A stretch of DNA of 64,000 nucleotides. It comes from an uncultured virus (IMG/VR IMGVR_UViG_3300037963_002983). Lineage: Duplodnaviria > Heunggongvirae > Uroviricota > Caudoviricetes. The position numbers were made by a program, and so were the translations under genes. The stretch lies in IMG/VR virus record IMGVR_UViG_3300037963_002983; one strand, written 5' to 3'. Below the pieces are notes generated by a model. It saw only the letters and a list, made by a program, of their open reading frames with translations. It searched no databases and was not told the DNA's origin. Positions 9,785-20,227 of the stretch are shown here, one piece after another (the first letter of the stretch is position 1; each line of letters begins with the position of its first letter).

Positions 9785-11122
9785 TTACTGTATGTTTGTT
9801 ATCTTTCCTTGACCCTTGAAGAAGGAACATCCGACTTCACCAATTGTTCGATACAAAGCCCTGTTACCTAGAGTTCCGACACCGAATGGGTTTCCATTAG
9901 CGATACCATCCTCAAAGTATTGTGTTGGCTTCATAACCGATAGCCACAAATGGTCTGTATCAAGGAATAGTAAATCACTTAGTTTTGTTGAAGCACTACC
10001 TGTTTGGCACATGTCCTTAACAGGGATTAGTGGAATATCATAGTATGTTGCTACTCTAAATCCAACTTCTTGTCCTTTAACTCCTCTAACACCGTTTACG
10101 GTAGGAACAACTTCTTTTCTATCCATAAATCTTTCTTGGCTTTGTAACAAGTCAGCAAGTGCTTGAATAGTATCGTAGCCTGTTAGAATAACCTTTGGAG
10201 AACCACCGGCTAGTCTTAGGTTTCTAATCATATCATTGAGTCTTGTTAGCGTTAGTGAACGAACATCACCGGAAGCATAACCACTGCCAAAGTCTATTTC
10301 TGCATCAAGGAAAGAGGCTGCGGTAAATCTTTCACTACCGTAAATCTTTCCTAAAGCGTTAGAAGCGGAAGTAGTATCAGTTGCGATAACTCCACCATCA
10401 ATTGCTAGAAGTTCTGCTCTTGAGGTAATAACCTTGTTTAAAGAAGTATAGTTGTGTCCGATATTTGGCATAGCGGATGATTCACCATAATGCTCTAGTG
10501 GCATAACCAACATTTTATTTTGAACTTCTGCGTGATGCTTCCCCATATCTTCTCTCATTTGCGCTCTAATGTCACCAATTCCATCATCGATTTGAGCCAT
10601 TTCCATAGCAAGTTCGCTAAAGTCAAATTGATGTGCAACGACTTTAGGACTCATGTTGAGTTGTGCATATGTTGGAGCAATTGGGCCTAGTCCGTCTTGT
10701 GCAGTAGAAAGTGCAGCGTTTTCAGGAACACCACCAATCATATCTGCTCTTGGACTATCCGAACCTAACTCTGCTAAGTTTTCTGTTCCGCTTGCATCAA
10801 CAGTAAACAAATTACCGCTTCCACCGGCAGGTCTTGACTTTAGAACTCTCCATCCACTAGAAGAATATGGTCTTTTTGAAATCATTGAAAGAGCATTAAC
10901 TTCTCTATTCAACATAGACCATACTTTCTGTCCGTAAACAATATTGTATAGTGCTGATACATCACTAACGGCACTACCGGAAAATGCCGGAGAACCATCG
11001 TGTCCTGTATGTATTCCACCTATTGCTCCGGCTTGCTTTAACAAAGCATTACCGGCAGGTAAATTGTTTATTCCATATGTGCTTGCTTCTAAATCTGCGA
11101 TTGTATTAATATATCCACTCAT
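9785..11122 (-). CDS. Major capsid protein (HK97 fold)
   Basis: 445 aa, follows the protease/scaffold gene; FDFSELAME...IRAQMREDMGKHHAE backbone helix and ATYYDIPLIP...LLFLDTDHL motifs; GGAGG RBS. Confidence 0.85.
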   Translation of the reverse strand: MSGYINTIADLEASTYGINNLPAGNALLKQAGAIGGIHTGHDGSPAFSGSAVSDVSALYNIVYGQKVWSMLNREVNALSMISKRPYSSSGWRVLKSRPAGGSGNLFTVDASGTENLAELGSDSPRADMIGGVPENAALSTAQDGLGPIAPTYAQLNMSPKVVAHQFDFSELAMEMAQIDDGIGDIRAQMREDMGKHHAEVQNKMLVMPLEHYGESSAMPNIGHNYTSLNKVITSRAELLAIDGGVIATDTTSASNALGKIYGSERFTAASFLDAEIDFGSGYASGDVRSLTLTRLNDMIRNLRLAGGSPKVILTGYDTIQALADLLQSQERFMDRKEVVPTVNGVRGVKGQEVGFRVATYYDIPLIPVKDMCQTGSASTKLSDLLFLDTDHLWLSVMKPTQYFEDGIANGNPFGVGTLGNRALYRTIGEVGCSFFKGQGKITNIQ

Positions 11123-11123
11123 C

Positions 11124-12377
11124 TTAAATTCCTCCTACCATTTTGTGAATGTCCGACCAATCCATGTCAGCCATCTCTTCCATACTTGGGAGTTTAATTG
11201 CGGATTCTTCTTGTGCCTTTAGAATAGTCTCTTTTTCAGCAGTCAAAGATTTCCTTAGTTGTGTAAATTCATTCTTAAGAGAAGCAATCTCGCTTTGTGC
11301 ATCATAGTTTTGCTTGGCGATAACATTCTCTCTTGTAGAAACTTCTCTAGCGAATCTTGCTTCAAAGGACTTCTTTAGGTTGTCGTAAGCAAGTGCTTCA
11401 AGTTGTTCTTGTCGGAAAGCCTCGTAAGCCTTTTCGATGTTAGCGTTTGACAAATCAAGAGTATCAAACTCTCCATTGTTAAATGCTTTAACAACCGGCA
11501 TATCGGAAGCAGTTGGCTTACCGTTATTAATAACGATACGGTCAGCAGGTTCGCCAATTTGGTTTCCTGCACCATCAAGAGTTCTTAAGTAAGCCTTTGC
11601 TTCTTCATCTTGATACTCGGCCATTTCCTCTTCATCCGCCATTTCTTCATCTTCCTTGTCCATATCCATGTCTTCTTCTTCATCCGCCATTTCATAGTTT
11701 CCTCTTTCCATGTCGTCGGTCATTTCCATGTGGTCTTTGCTATGGCCTTTTTCATCCATCTCTTCTTCTTTACGAAGCGTATTTACTTCTTCTAACAAAG
11801 TATCTAACTCTGCTAGTGCTTTTTCTAGTTTATTACTCATAGTTTTTTCACCTGTTTTATCTTGTTTCAAAATATCAAACCTCGCTTCGGGGTTAATTCC
11901 TTTTTCGCATATAGTAATTTCATGCAACTCTAACTTGCTGATTTCATTGTACTCTCCCAAGTTTTCATTACTTTTCTTTACTTTTTGGAGGGCTTGACCT
12001 CCTATGCTAAAAGACCTTAACGACCCTTTGCGAATATTACGACCTACTTCTTTGGCCTTTTCTATATCATCTCGTAGTTTAATTACCACAAAAAAACCTA
12101 CATCATCTACTTCGGATTTCCAAAGTCTTCCTGTTTTGTCTCTATAAGAATCTACTACTTCTCCTACTTGAACATTAGAGTGATTTGTCATTACATTCCT
12201 AAATTTAGAATCTTGCATAAATTTAGTGACTGCTTCATTAAGTGCCTTTAGTGTGATTAAGTCATTTTGCTTATCAACAATTTCAATACTAGCATATCCG
12301 CCAATCATCAAATCATCACTGCGACTTTTAATAATGGAGAATCCATCATTTCTAGTTGCTAAGACTGCCGACGACAT
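11124..12377 (-). CDS. Prohead protease fused to scaffold
   Basis: IGGYASIEIVDKQND, H in MTNHSN, S in SFSIGG, LHEITICEKGINP; acidic/coiled-coil C-terminal half; likely start MSSAV at 12377. Confidence 0.88.
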   Translation of the reverse strand: MSSAVLATRNDGFSIIKSRSDDLMIGGYASIEIVDKQNDLITLKALNEAVTKFMQDSKFRNVMTNHSNVQVGEVVDSYRDKTGRLWKSEVDDVGFFVVIKLRDDIEKAKEVGRNIRKGSLRSFSIGGQALQKVKKSNENLGEYNEISKLELHEITICEKGINPEARFDILKQDKTGEKTMSNKLEKALAELDTLLEEVNTLRKEEEMDEKGHSKDHMEMTDDMERGNYEMADEEEDMDMDKEDEEMADEEEMAEYQDEEAKAYLRTLDGAGNQIGEPADRIVINNGKPTASDMPVVKAFNNGEFDTLDLSNANIEKAYEAFRQEQLEALAYDNLKKSFEARFAREVSTRENVIAKQNYDAQSEIASLKNEFTQLRKSLTAEKETILKAQEESAIKLPSMEEMADMDWSDIHKMVGGI

Positions 12378-12436
12378 TACGCTCAAAGGAAAAAAATTTC
12401 CTTCTAATATATAATACACACGGTTATTTTAAACGA

Positions 12437-14986
12437 TTAGTCTTCTTTTGGTGGTAATTTAAGACTACTAAACTTATCTTCATAAATATTCCACAATCCT
12501 TTATCACTATCAGTATCAGCAGGTTTCTGTTCATAGCCTGTCCATGCCAACCACATTCTTTTTCCTTTAACTTCAAGCATTCTAACATGAAGTTTAGTTT
12601 CAAATTTATTACCATCTAAGAAATATTCATGGTAGCCTTCTTTTTGAACACCTAATTTAACATCTCCACTATCAATCAGTTTACGCTTTGAAATATTCTT
12701 AGCAACAATAGCAGGGAATTTACCTGCTTTTCCAAATAATTCAAAAATATCATCTTTAGAATCAAGTCTAATCATCCAATTAATGCTTTCATCACCTAAC
12801 TTCATTACTAAATTTAGATTATCATCTTCCCTAAGATATAATTTAAATTCTCCTGTTCTATACTTTTCCGGTGTTTTGTATTCTTTTTTTATGGTGTCTA
12901 GCATTATTTTATCATTTTCAGCAAAGAGTTTCTTTGTTTTAGCATCAAAAGATATACCATCTCTATTCTCAAACCAATCCTTTACCCTAGTTAATTTACT
13001 ATCTAATATATCTTGATAAATATCTTTATGATTCTTAACTAAAAAGTTGTGGACTTCTTTAGGAGTCTTTGCTCCTTTTTGTTTTAAGTAATTAAATATA
13101 GCAACTGTAAGTTTAGATTGTTTTGTTTTCATTATTTCTTCCGCTTGATTTTTCCATAGGTCTAAATCTATAAGGGCATTTTTAGCCATTAGATTATCTT
13201 GCTCAAAACCATAAATAGTAAAACCATCCATGTCTCCTTTGATTATAATATTAGCCTCGCCGTGTATGTGGTCTGTAATGACTATTCCTTTTTCTACTTC
13301 TTCGACATTATAGTTTAATGATTTATCAGTATCTTTTACTAGCATTTGTAAAGATACTAATTTGTCCGGTGTTTCGGATTCAGCAATTTCATTTATTTTT
13401 GCCGAATAAACAACAGGCTTTCCTTTAACTTCCTTTACCTTATCTATTGAAACTCTAACAATATCTCCAACATCGGCTGAAACTTGAGTATTAGTGGCAT
13501 TACCAACATTAAGATAATTTTTACCTTCTATCTTTTCATCTCCTTCTTCTACCGGCCCTGCTCCTAACTTGTAAGAATAGTTAGAACCGCTTTTCTTTTT
13601 ATCAAGAACAATCAAGTCTAATTCTACAAAAGGCTTCCATCTAATCCACTTTGGATTTTTCTTAGTTCCTAAGAAGTATGTTGAAGTCGCATCTTTAATC
13701 ATAACTCCTTCGGCAGTAGGCATTTCCATAATCTTCTTAGAATATTCTTCAACATCTTTTAGACTATCCGCTACTCTAGTATCTTTTTTAGATGGGAATG
13801 TTAATGCTTCACTAGAATGAATAGAATAATTGTTAAACATTATTTGCATTCTGTTTTGTAAAGTATCTTCCATTAGGTTTTCTTCATTATGCCTCATAAT
13901 ATCAAAGACATGTATTCTAGGAGTTCCTTCTTTTTTACCCGCTAAATATTCTACTGCGTCTTTTCTTTTCAATGAGTCTTCACCGTCAAATAAAACTAAA
14001 GAAGCATCTAGTATGCAATCTCCAAAATGTTTTTTCTTTAGTTCTTCAATCGCTTCTTTACATTTGCTAGATATATCTTTGCCTGTATAATCATAAACTT
14101 TTATGTTTTTATCTATCTTATGGAGTTGTATTCTAAAACCATCATATTTTTCTTGAATGTAAAACTCTCCTGTAAATCCTTTGAGTTCATCCATGTCTTC
14201 TATTGTGAATATTCTATACATAGGTTTGTTGGGAATAATAAAATCGCTTTGTGCTTTTTCTTTTTCGGATTTCTTTTCTTTGAGAATAGTTTTCTTATCT
14301 TCACCTTTATCCTCTTTGGCCTTCGCTTCATCTAATTCAGTATCTATGTCTTCTAGTTCCGCCCAATCCTGTTTAGTATTCTTAGATAAGAATATTAATT
14401 CTAGCATATTCATAGCGGCTTTTACTTTTGTTTCTACTTTCTTGGAGTCTTTACCATCACCATAATGTTCTATGATGTAAAGTGCAACATCATCAACTTC
14501 TAAATCCAATCCTGTTAGACCGTCTGTAATATCATCGGGCTTCATATCTTTGATTGAATATGCTTCCTTTGGTAGTGCCTTATCATCTTCTCTAATAGCG
14601 TAGTGAACAAACTTAATCATAAGTTCCGGTGATTCTAATAATGCTTCTAACACATTACCTTTGAACTTTTTAGCGAAGGGGTCGCTAACTTCATCGGAAG
14701 AATATCTCAGTGCTTTGATTGCCTCATACAACTTTTCAGCATTGTTAGTGCTAACATCGGAAACATCATTTGATTCTAATAAGTCTTCATCAATATAATC
14801 CTTAAGTTCATTTGAAAGAGCATCGGTCATTTCATATGCTTCTTTGATTTTATTTACTGCGTTTCTCCATTTAGAACCGTATTCCTTTGGGTCGGTTCTT
14901 GCTGAAAGATAAGCGACTCTCGTTCTTTCAAAGAGTCTTAGAATATCTGTGGATATTGACTTATCCTTCTCAATAAGGAGAGGCAT
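12437..14986 (-). CDS. Multidomain ATP-dependent DNA ligase-like protein in the head module
   Basis: EKYDG, VFDIM, EGVMIK and KWIRWK motifs plus an OB domain; the C-terminal region resembles a degenerate LigD phosphoesterase. Confidence 0.75.
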   Translation of the reverse strand: MPLLIEKDKSISTDILRLFERTRVAYLSARTDPKEYGSKWRNAVNKIKEAYEMTDALSNELKDYIDEDLLESNDVSDVSTNNAEKLYEAIKALRYSSDEVSDPFAKKFKGNVLEALLESPELMIKFVHYAIREDDKALPKEAYSIKDMKPDDITDGLTGLDLEVDDVALYIIEHYGDGKDSKKVETKVKAAMNMLELIFLSKNTKQDWAELEDIDTELDEAKAKEDKGEDKKTILKEKKSEKEKAQSDFIIPNKPMYRIFTIEDMDELKGFTGEFYIQEKYDGFRIQLHKIDKNIKVYDYTGKDISSKCKEAIEELKKKHFGDCILDASLVLFDGEDSLKRKDAVEYLAGKKEGTPRIHVFDIMRHNEENLMEDTLQNRMQIMFNNYSIHSSEALTFPSKKDTRVADSLKDVEEYSKKIMEMPTAEGVMIKDATSTYFLGTKKNPKWIRWKPFVELDLIVLDKKKSGSNYSYKLGAGPVEEGDEKIEGKNYLNVGNATNTQVSADVGDIVRVSIDKVKEVKGKPVVYSAKINEIAESETPDKLVSLQMLVKDTDKSLNYNVEEVEKGIVITDHIHGEANIIIKGDMDGFTIYGFEQDNLMAKNALIDLDLWKNQAEEIMKTKQSKLTVAIFNYLKQKGAKTPKEVHNFLVKNHKDIYQDILDSKLTRVKDWFENRDGISFDAKTKKLFAENDKIMLDTIKKEYKTPEKYRTGEFKLYLREDDNLNLVMKLGDESINWMIRLDSKDDIFELFGKAGKFPAIVAKNISKRKLIDSGDVKLGVQKEGYHEYFLDGNKFETKLHVRMLEVKGKRMWLAWTGYEQKPADTDSDKGLWNIYEDKFSSLKLPPKED

Positions 14987-14992
14987 AAAACA

Positions 14993-15547
14993 TCACTCAA
15001 AATTTCTAGTGTTGTCGCCTTTAGCACCCGCTAGCGATAAATATTTACTATCTGTTCTATCAATATTGTCGGTAAATTTGCTGCCTTTTCCATATTTTGC
15101 TGCATCTAAAAGTTTTTCATCTATTTTATCTATTTCTTCTTGTGCATTTTTAATCATTCTTTTCAAAGTATCAACATCATTTTTAGATTCTGCATCTTTT
15201 AATGCACGATTAATATTTCTTAAACTTTGCTCCACTAACATTCTAACTAACGAATCTTGATGTGTACCACCCATAGATTTTCTAGGTGGCCCTTGAAATT
15301 TTGCTTTCTTTAGACTCTCACCTGCTAAACCATACCCTTCTTTCTTTTGAGTTTGATTAGTAATCTTAGAAGCATCTTGCACCTTTGGCCTCTTAACCTT
15401 CTCAACTTCGGGGTCTGTATCTATTTCCAATACTTGAGTTGGCTCAATGTTCTTTCTTTTCTTTGCGCTCAATTCTTCTTTAGCCTTTCTCGCTTTTTCA
15501 ATAGCAAGGCTAACTATTCTTTCTTCTTTACTTACTCTTTCCGGCAT
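14993..15547 (-). CDS. Basic hypothetical protein
   Basis: 184 aa ORF, translationally coupled. Confidence 0.55.
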   Translation of the reverse strand: MPERVSKEERIVSLAIEKARKAKEELSAKKRKNIEPTQVLEIDTDPEVEKVKRPKVQDASKITNQTQKKEGYGLAGESLKKAKFQGPPRKSMGGTHQDSLVRMLVEQSLRNINRALKDAESKNDVDTLKRMIKNAQEEIDKIDEKLLDAAKYGKGSKFTDNIDRTDSKYLSLAGAKGDNTRNFE

Positions 15548-15795
15548 TATTGTCCACCTACCTTTTCTACCATCTTATGAATATCTTTCCAATCCATATT
15601 TCCAACATCTTTCAATGGTGAACCTCCGATAGTTCCATGATTCATCTTAGGAGTTGGACTATCTACAACAACAAAACCGGACTTCATTAGTAAGTTATCG
15701 TCATTGTAAACTGCTTTTTCTAAACTTTCTATCTTAGCACTAAGGGCTTTGATAATCTCAAGTAGTTCTTCATTAATTGTATTTTCTTCGCTCAT
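15547..15795 (-). CDS. Small scaffold-like protein
   Basis: C-terminal MDWKDIHKMV matches the protease/scaffold C-terminal MDWSDIHKMV. Confidence 0.6.
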   Translation of the reverse strand: MSEENTINEELLEIIKALSAKIESLEKAVYNDDNLLMKSGFVVVDSPTPKMNHGTIGGSPLKDVGNMDWKDIHKMVEKVGGQ

Positions 15796-16151
15796 CTCTT
15801 TTCCTCCTTTGGTGGATATACTAAATCTCTTAACTGTCTGTAAAGCAACTCATAGTCCTTTCGGAGTTCCGTAGCCGAAGCGACTATATCTATATTCCGT
15901 TCATCCATAGACTTCATTTTCTTTGTAAGTTTCTTATCGGACTTAACCAACTCTACATCTTTTAATGCACTAATTAATTCGCCTAACTTAGTAAAGTCTT
16001 GTCCAAAAAATTCAGTTGGTTGGGCTGATTGTAATACTTTCTTTAGACGCTTAGTTTGTTTCTTATCTAATGTGTCTAATATATTCTTCTTTACTTTTTC
16101 TTCTTTCTTTATGGTAAATTCTTTACCTTCCTCGTAGTAATCCCATGTCAT
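15792..16151 (-). CDS. Hypothetical coiled-coil protein
   Basis: 119 aa ORF with ATGA overlap. Confidence 0.6.
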   Translation of the reverse strand: MTWDYYEEGKEFTIKKEEKVKKNILDTLDKKQTKRLKKVLQSAQPTEFFGQDFTKLGELISALKDVELVKSDKKLTKKMKSMDERNIDIVASATELRKDYELLYRQLRDLVYPPKEEKR

Positions 16152-19100
16152 TTTTCTTCCTCTCCTTGTTTTTTAGGTATAGTTGGTATTGGTCTTGCCT
16201 CTCTATCCGCCCTTTCTTCTGTCTTAGGTGTAAAAGATTCCGATAGTTTTTCGATGTTTCTGTCATGTATGTCTTTAAGTTTTTGTAAGTTTTTAATATA
16301 TGTATCGTAAACATCCGTAAAGTCCATTATTCTAGATAATTCTTTACCTAAAACTTCATCTGCTAGAATTTTTTCAAAGTCTCTTCCTTCTTTATCTGAT
16401 TTTATACCTATTTTAATGTTAAATTCGCTCAAGTCCACTAATTTATTTTTAGTTTTGAATGTTTTTAACAAATCTTCAAATTCATCTTCCAACTGTTCTA
16501 TCATAGCCGTTGAGATTTTATATTGTTCTTGGCGTGTTTTGGGCTTTCCATCTTTTAGATACTGTTCTCTTTCTTTAGGGTCTGTTGGAACTAAAGATTC
16601 TATTTCCTTTTTGTTACTTTTAAAATGTTGAAGGAAAGCCTTCTCAATAGGTTTTATTAAGTCTTCATCGGAAATATCCGTTTCCATTAATTCTTCTATG
16701 CTATCAACCTTTTTTTGATTTGCTAGTGGTGTAAATGCTCCCATAACTATTCTTTCTCCATCTTGGGGAGAGATAGGTATTGGCGAAATATGTCTAAATA
16801 TTTTAGTAGTGAAAATTTTCTTTTGTTTTCTATCCGCTTCAATGCGTTCTTTACTAGTTTTGATTGGTTTTTTTTCCGCTAATAATTCTTCAAGTTTAGG
16901 AGAACTATAATCGGGATTTTCTTTTCTAGCCTCGGTCTGTTTTTCTCTTTCGGTTTTAATCTTATCATCTATTTCTTTTAGTTTAGCACTCAACTCATCT
17001 AATTCTTTTTGTTTTTCATCAGTTAAAGAGTCTACTTTAGGTTCATCTTCTTTGCTATCTAAGAATCTATTCATTCTTTGAATAACTGCAATAGAATAAT
17101 CCCTTGCTATTTCTTCTAAATTAAAAGCATCTGTTTCTAACGCTTTTTGTTTTTGTGTTATGTATGTTGATTGTAGTTTTTTAACCTCTTCGACAAAATC
17201 ATCTATTGCCTTAAAGAACTGCTTTCCTTCTTGTCTATTATCGAGTATAGAGAATAAAGCATCTAATTGTTCTTTTACTTTATTTCTTGGTTTATTTAAA
17301 TCTAAAAGTTCTTCTGCGGTCTTATCGCTTCTTTCGGATTCTTTTTCATATCCGCCTTCTTCATATTTTTTTGCTTTCTTTTCCATATAAGCCAATTGCA
17401 TATCCCAATATAACCTTACAAATTCAACGGGGTTCTCTTTATAGGCTTCAATGTCTTCAAGCCCTACAAAAGATTCCCCTAATGGGTTAATTTTTTCATT
17501 TATAAACTGCTTTCCTGTGATTAAAGGAACATTAAATACATTGTAGTATTTTTCACTAGTGACTCCTTCTACTTTCATTTTATCATCTTTAATATCAAGA
17601 GTATCATTTTCAGCATTCAGTCTTTTGTCATTCATAACAAGATTTGAATCCTCTCTAGTATCAGCACTTCTAGACATTCTATGTAAAAACTTCATTACCG
17701 CATTAGATAATTTATTTTCATCTCTAATCAAATCCCTCACAATAAAAGCAGGTATTGGTTTTAGTAGTGCTTTCTGTTTTCTTCTCTTCTCAACAAAGCC
17801 TTCTAGTGCTTTTAGTGCATTAGACAATTCCTTTCTTGCTTCCGAAGTTTCTTTGTCTTGTTCTAAAATACTTCCTCCTGTCATCTTAGAGTAGGCCCTT
17901 TGTAGTGCATTATATATTCTTTCATTGGATATAATTTCTCTAATTTCATTAACTGATTTTTCTATTGAAGCATATGTTTTATCGTTTGGAGAAAGCGGAT
18001 TCTCTCTTTTTCTCAAGAAAAATTTTCTTTGTACTATAACTACATCGTAAAATTTCCAAGCATCTTTTCCTAACTTATCTCCTACAACTTCCGCTTTGTT
18101 CAATTGATTTCTTAATTTCTTTTCTCGCTCTATCTTTTCTCGTTGAATCTTTAATCTTATTTGTGTTTCTTCCTCCTTACTTCTTTTAGTATATCCTGTA
18201 AGCATATTTGTTAGTTTTTCTATTTTTTTAGTTAGTTCCTCTTCTAACTTTTGGTATTCTCGCATTGACCCTTTGAATCCTTTTAATTTACCTCTAATAG
18301 ATTTTATTTCTTCTGTTAGTTTTTCCATCCTAGTATCTTTCTGTTTGTCACCTTTAGATTTTTTAGGTTTCTTTTCTATAGCATATCCCTTAACTACTGA
18401 AAGTAAATCTCTTATCAATTTAGAGCCGTATTTTTTATTATCAAATACCTTTTTTGCTTCTAATAATAATTTACTATCACTAGTTGTCGGTTGCCTAACA
18501 ATTTGCTTCATGTTTTTTAGGCTTCTATTTAGAGAAGAATAGGCAGCGTTTGTAGACCTAGTGCCTTTTTCTTTCTCAGTGGTTAATAAATCTTTAAACA
18601 TCTTTTGGTTTTTACTCGACAATAATTTTTTTAGTTTCTTAATTTTTCTATAGTTAAGAGATTCCCCACCTACTTTATCTTGTAGCAAACTTAAGTAGTT
18701 AAATACTCTTCTATATGCTTCTGTTTTCAAAGCCTTTCCATCACCCAAAGGTATTTTCTTTCCTTTAACACTGTCTTTGATACCTTTTGATTTTGCATCA
18801 GTCTCTAAGAAGCGTTGTAGTTTTTCATCACTATATTTTCCTTTAATGTAAGCAGTTAGTGTTTTATCTTCTAATGGCATAGTGCTTAGTTTGTCTAAAT
18901 ACTCTTTGACTTCTTTTTCTTCAAGTAGTTCTTTAAAGTCTCTTAGGAACTTAGCATCTTTATTTTTATCAACTCTTAATACTTGTAAAGGACTAACATT
19001 TTCAGTTCTCCTAGCAATACTTTGAAAATACTTAGTTTCTGTTCCTTCTTTGTCGCCTTTTTTCTCCTTTACACCTACTTTGCTCTCTAATTCCACTACT

Positions 19101-20218
19101 CTATCTTTTAGTTTCTTCAATTGCTCATCTGTAAGTTTATATTGCACCATCCATATAGGATTTCCTTTTTTGTCTTTAGGTAATTTTTCATCTATTGATT
19201 TATGTTGGTTTTTAATGAATTTTTTAGTTGCTTCTACATCTTTTTTGTATTTCTCATATAACTCATTTAACTTTGTGGTAATTTCTTTTTGGGGAATATC
19301 TTCATTCCTAGTTACATTAACATCCTTTTCATATTTTTCAAAAAGTCTTTTGAATTTACCATTCGCCCTTTTTACCCTAGTTTGGTAGGCTTCTATCATC
19401 TTTCCTTCCTTTGTATTTTTAGGATGCGCTCTAAGCATTCCTCTTTGTTCTTCTCTCATTAGAATAGAAAGGGCAACCTCAAATCTATCTAATGCGCTTC
19501 TTAGTAATACTACTTGCCTAGATGCGTTGGAGTCTTTTAAATTCATTTTTAGTGGCTCTAAAGGAAACAACAAGTTTTTTCTTGCATCTTCAATTGCTTT
19601 TTTATAATTGGATTTATCGAAACTATCTACTAAGTTCTTTGTGCTTTCTAATTCTGCTCTATCTTTTCGATATTGGTTTTTCCTAAGTTGTAATTTCCTA
19701 TCAGCCGTATATTCTTTCCAAACTAATTTTATTTCATCAATAGTCCATTTCCAACCATAGATTTCTAAAGGCTCTCCTCTAGCAATAAAATCCTTGTATT
19801 GTTTTTCCCTAATATCATAGGATATTTTTTCTTTTTGTTCTCTAGTCAATTCGCCCTTTTTCTCGGCTTGTTGAATTGCCTCTTTTACTTTATCTCCAAA
19901 ATCTTCACTAAAACTACTAACTAATCGGGCTTTAGTTTTATCTCCATCTTTATTTTTTAGTTTTTGTCTCTCGTCTGCGCTTTCTTTTTCTTTTGTTTGT
20001 TCTAATGCTTCTCTTTCAGCAAGTTCAAACATGCCTTCACTATCTAGTATTTCATCTCCTAGTTTATCATCTGCTCTTGTTTTATCGTCAAGGTAAAATT
20101 CATCATCTTCACCATCTGCTTTTCTTATTGTATGTTGATTTTCTACTTCTTCAATCAAACACTTCAACAAAAAATGAAGGTCGTCTTCTTTATTGTGTAA
20201 GATGGCCTTCATAAACAT
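16148..20218 (-). CDS. Large Lys/Glu-rich helical protein (possible internal head protein)
   Basis: 1356 aa, located between the portal and protease genes. Confidence 0.6.
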   Translation of the reverse strand: MFMKAILHNKEDDLHFLLKCLIEEVENQHTIRKADGEDDEFYLDDKTRADDKLGDEILDSEGMFELAEREALEQTKEKESADERQKLKNKDGDKTKARLVSSFSEDFGDKVKEAIQQAEKKGELTREQKEKISYDIREKQYKDFIARGEPLEIYGWKWTIDEIKLVWKEYTADRKLQLRKNQYRKDRAELESTKNLVDSFDKSNYKKAIEDARKNLLFPLEPLKMNLKDSNASRQVVLLRSALDRFEVALSILMREEQRGMLRAHPKNTKEGKMIEAYQTRVKRANGKFKRLFEKYEKDVNVTRNEDIPQKEITTKLNELYEKYKKDVEATKKFIKNQHKSIDEKLPKDKKGNPIWMVQYKLTDEQLKKLKDRVVELESKVGVKEKKGDKEGTETKYFQSIARRTENVSPLQVLRVDKNKDAKFLRDFKELLEEKEVKEYLDKLSTMPLEDKTLTAYIKGKYSDEKLQRFLETDAKSKGIKDSVKGKKIPLGDGKALKTEAYRRVFNYLSLLQDKVGGESLNYRKIKKLKKLLSSKNQKMFKDLLTTEKEKGTRSTNAAYSSLNRSLKNMKQIVRQPTTSDSKLLLEAKKVFDNKKYGSKLIRDLLSVVKGYAIEKKPKKSKGDKQKDTRMEKLTEEIKSIRGKLKGFKGSMREYQKLEEELTKKIEKLTNMLTGYTKRSKEEETQIRLKIQREKIEREKKLRNQLNKAEVVGDKLGKDAWKFYDVVIVQRKFFLRKRENPLSPNDKTYASIEKSVNEIREIISNERIYNALQRAYSKMTGGSILEQDKETSEARKELSNALKALEGFVEKRRKQKALLKPIPAFIVRDLIRDENKLSNAVMKFLHRMSRSADTREDSNLVMNDKRLNAENDTLDIKDDKMKVEGVTSEKYYNVFNVPLITGKQFINEKINPLGESFVGLEDIEAYKENPVEFVRLYWDMQLAYMEKKAKKYEEGGYEKESERSDKTAEELLDLNKPRNKVKEQLDALFSILDNRQEGKQFFKAIDDFVEEVKKLQSTYITQKQKALETDAFNLEEIARDYSIAVIQRMNRFLDSKEDEPKVDSLTDEKQKELDELSAKLKEIDDKIKTEREKQTEARKENPDYSSPKLEELLAEKKPIKTSKERIEADRKQKKIFTTKIFRHISPIPISPQDGERIVMGAFTPLANQKKVDSIEELMETDISDEDLIKPIEKAFLQHFKSNKKEIESLVPTDPKEREQYLKDGKPKTRQEQYKISTAMIEQLEDEFEDLLKTFKTKNKLVDLSEFNIKIGIKSDKEGRDFEKILADEVLGKELSRIMDFTDVYDTYIKNLQKLKDIHDRNIEKLSESFTPKTEERADREARPIPTIPKKQGEEEK

Positions 20219-20227
20219 ATTATCGCC

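Noticed and set aside
11600..11780. Repetitive DNA in the scaffold region
   Set aside because: Low-complexity EEEM/DEE coding sequence, not a separate element
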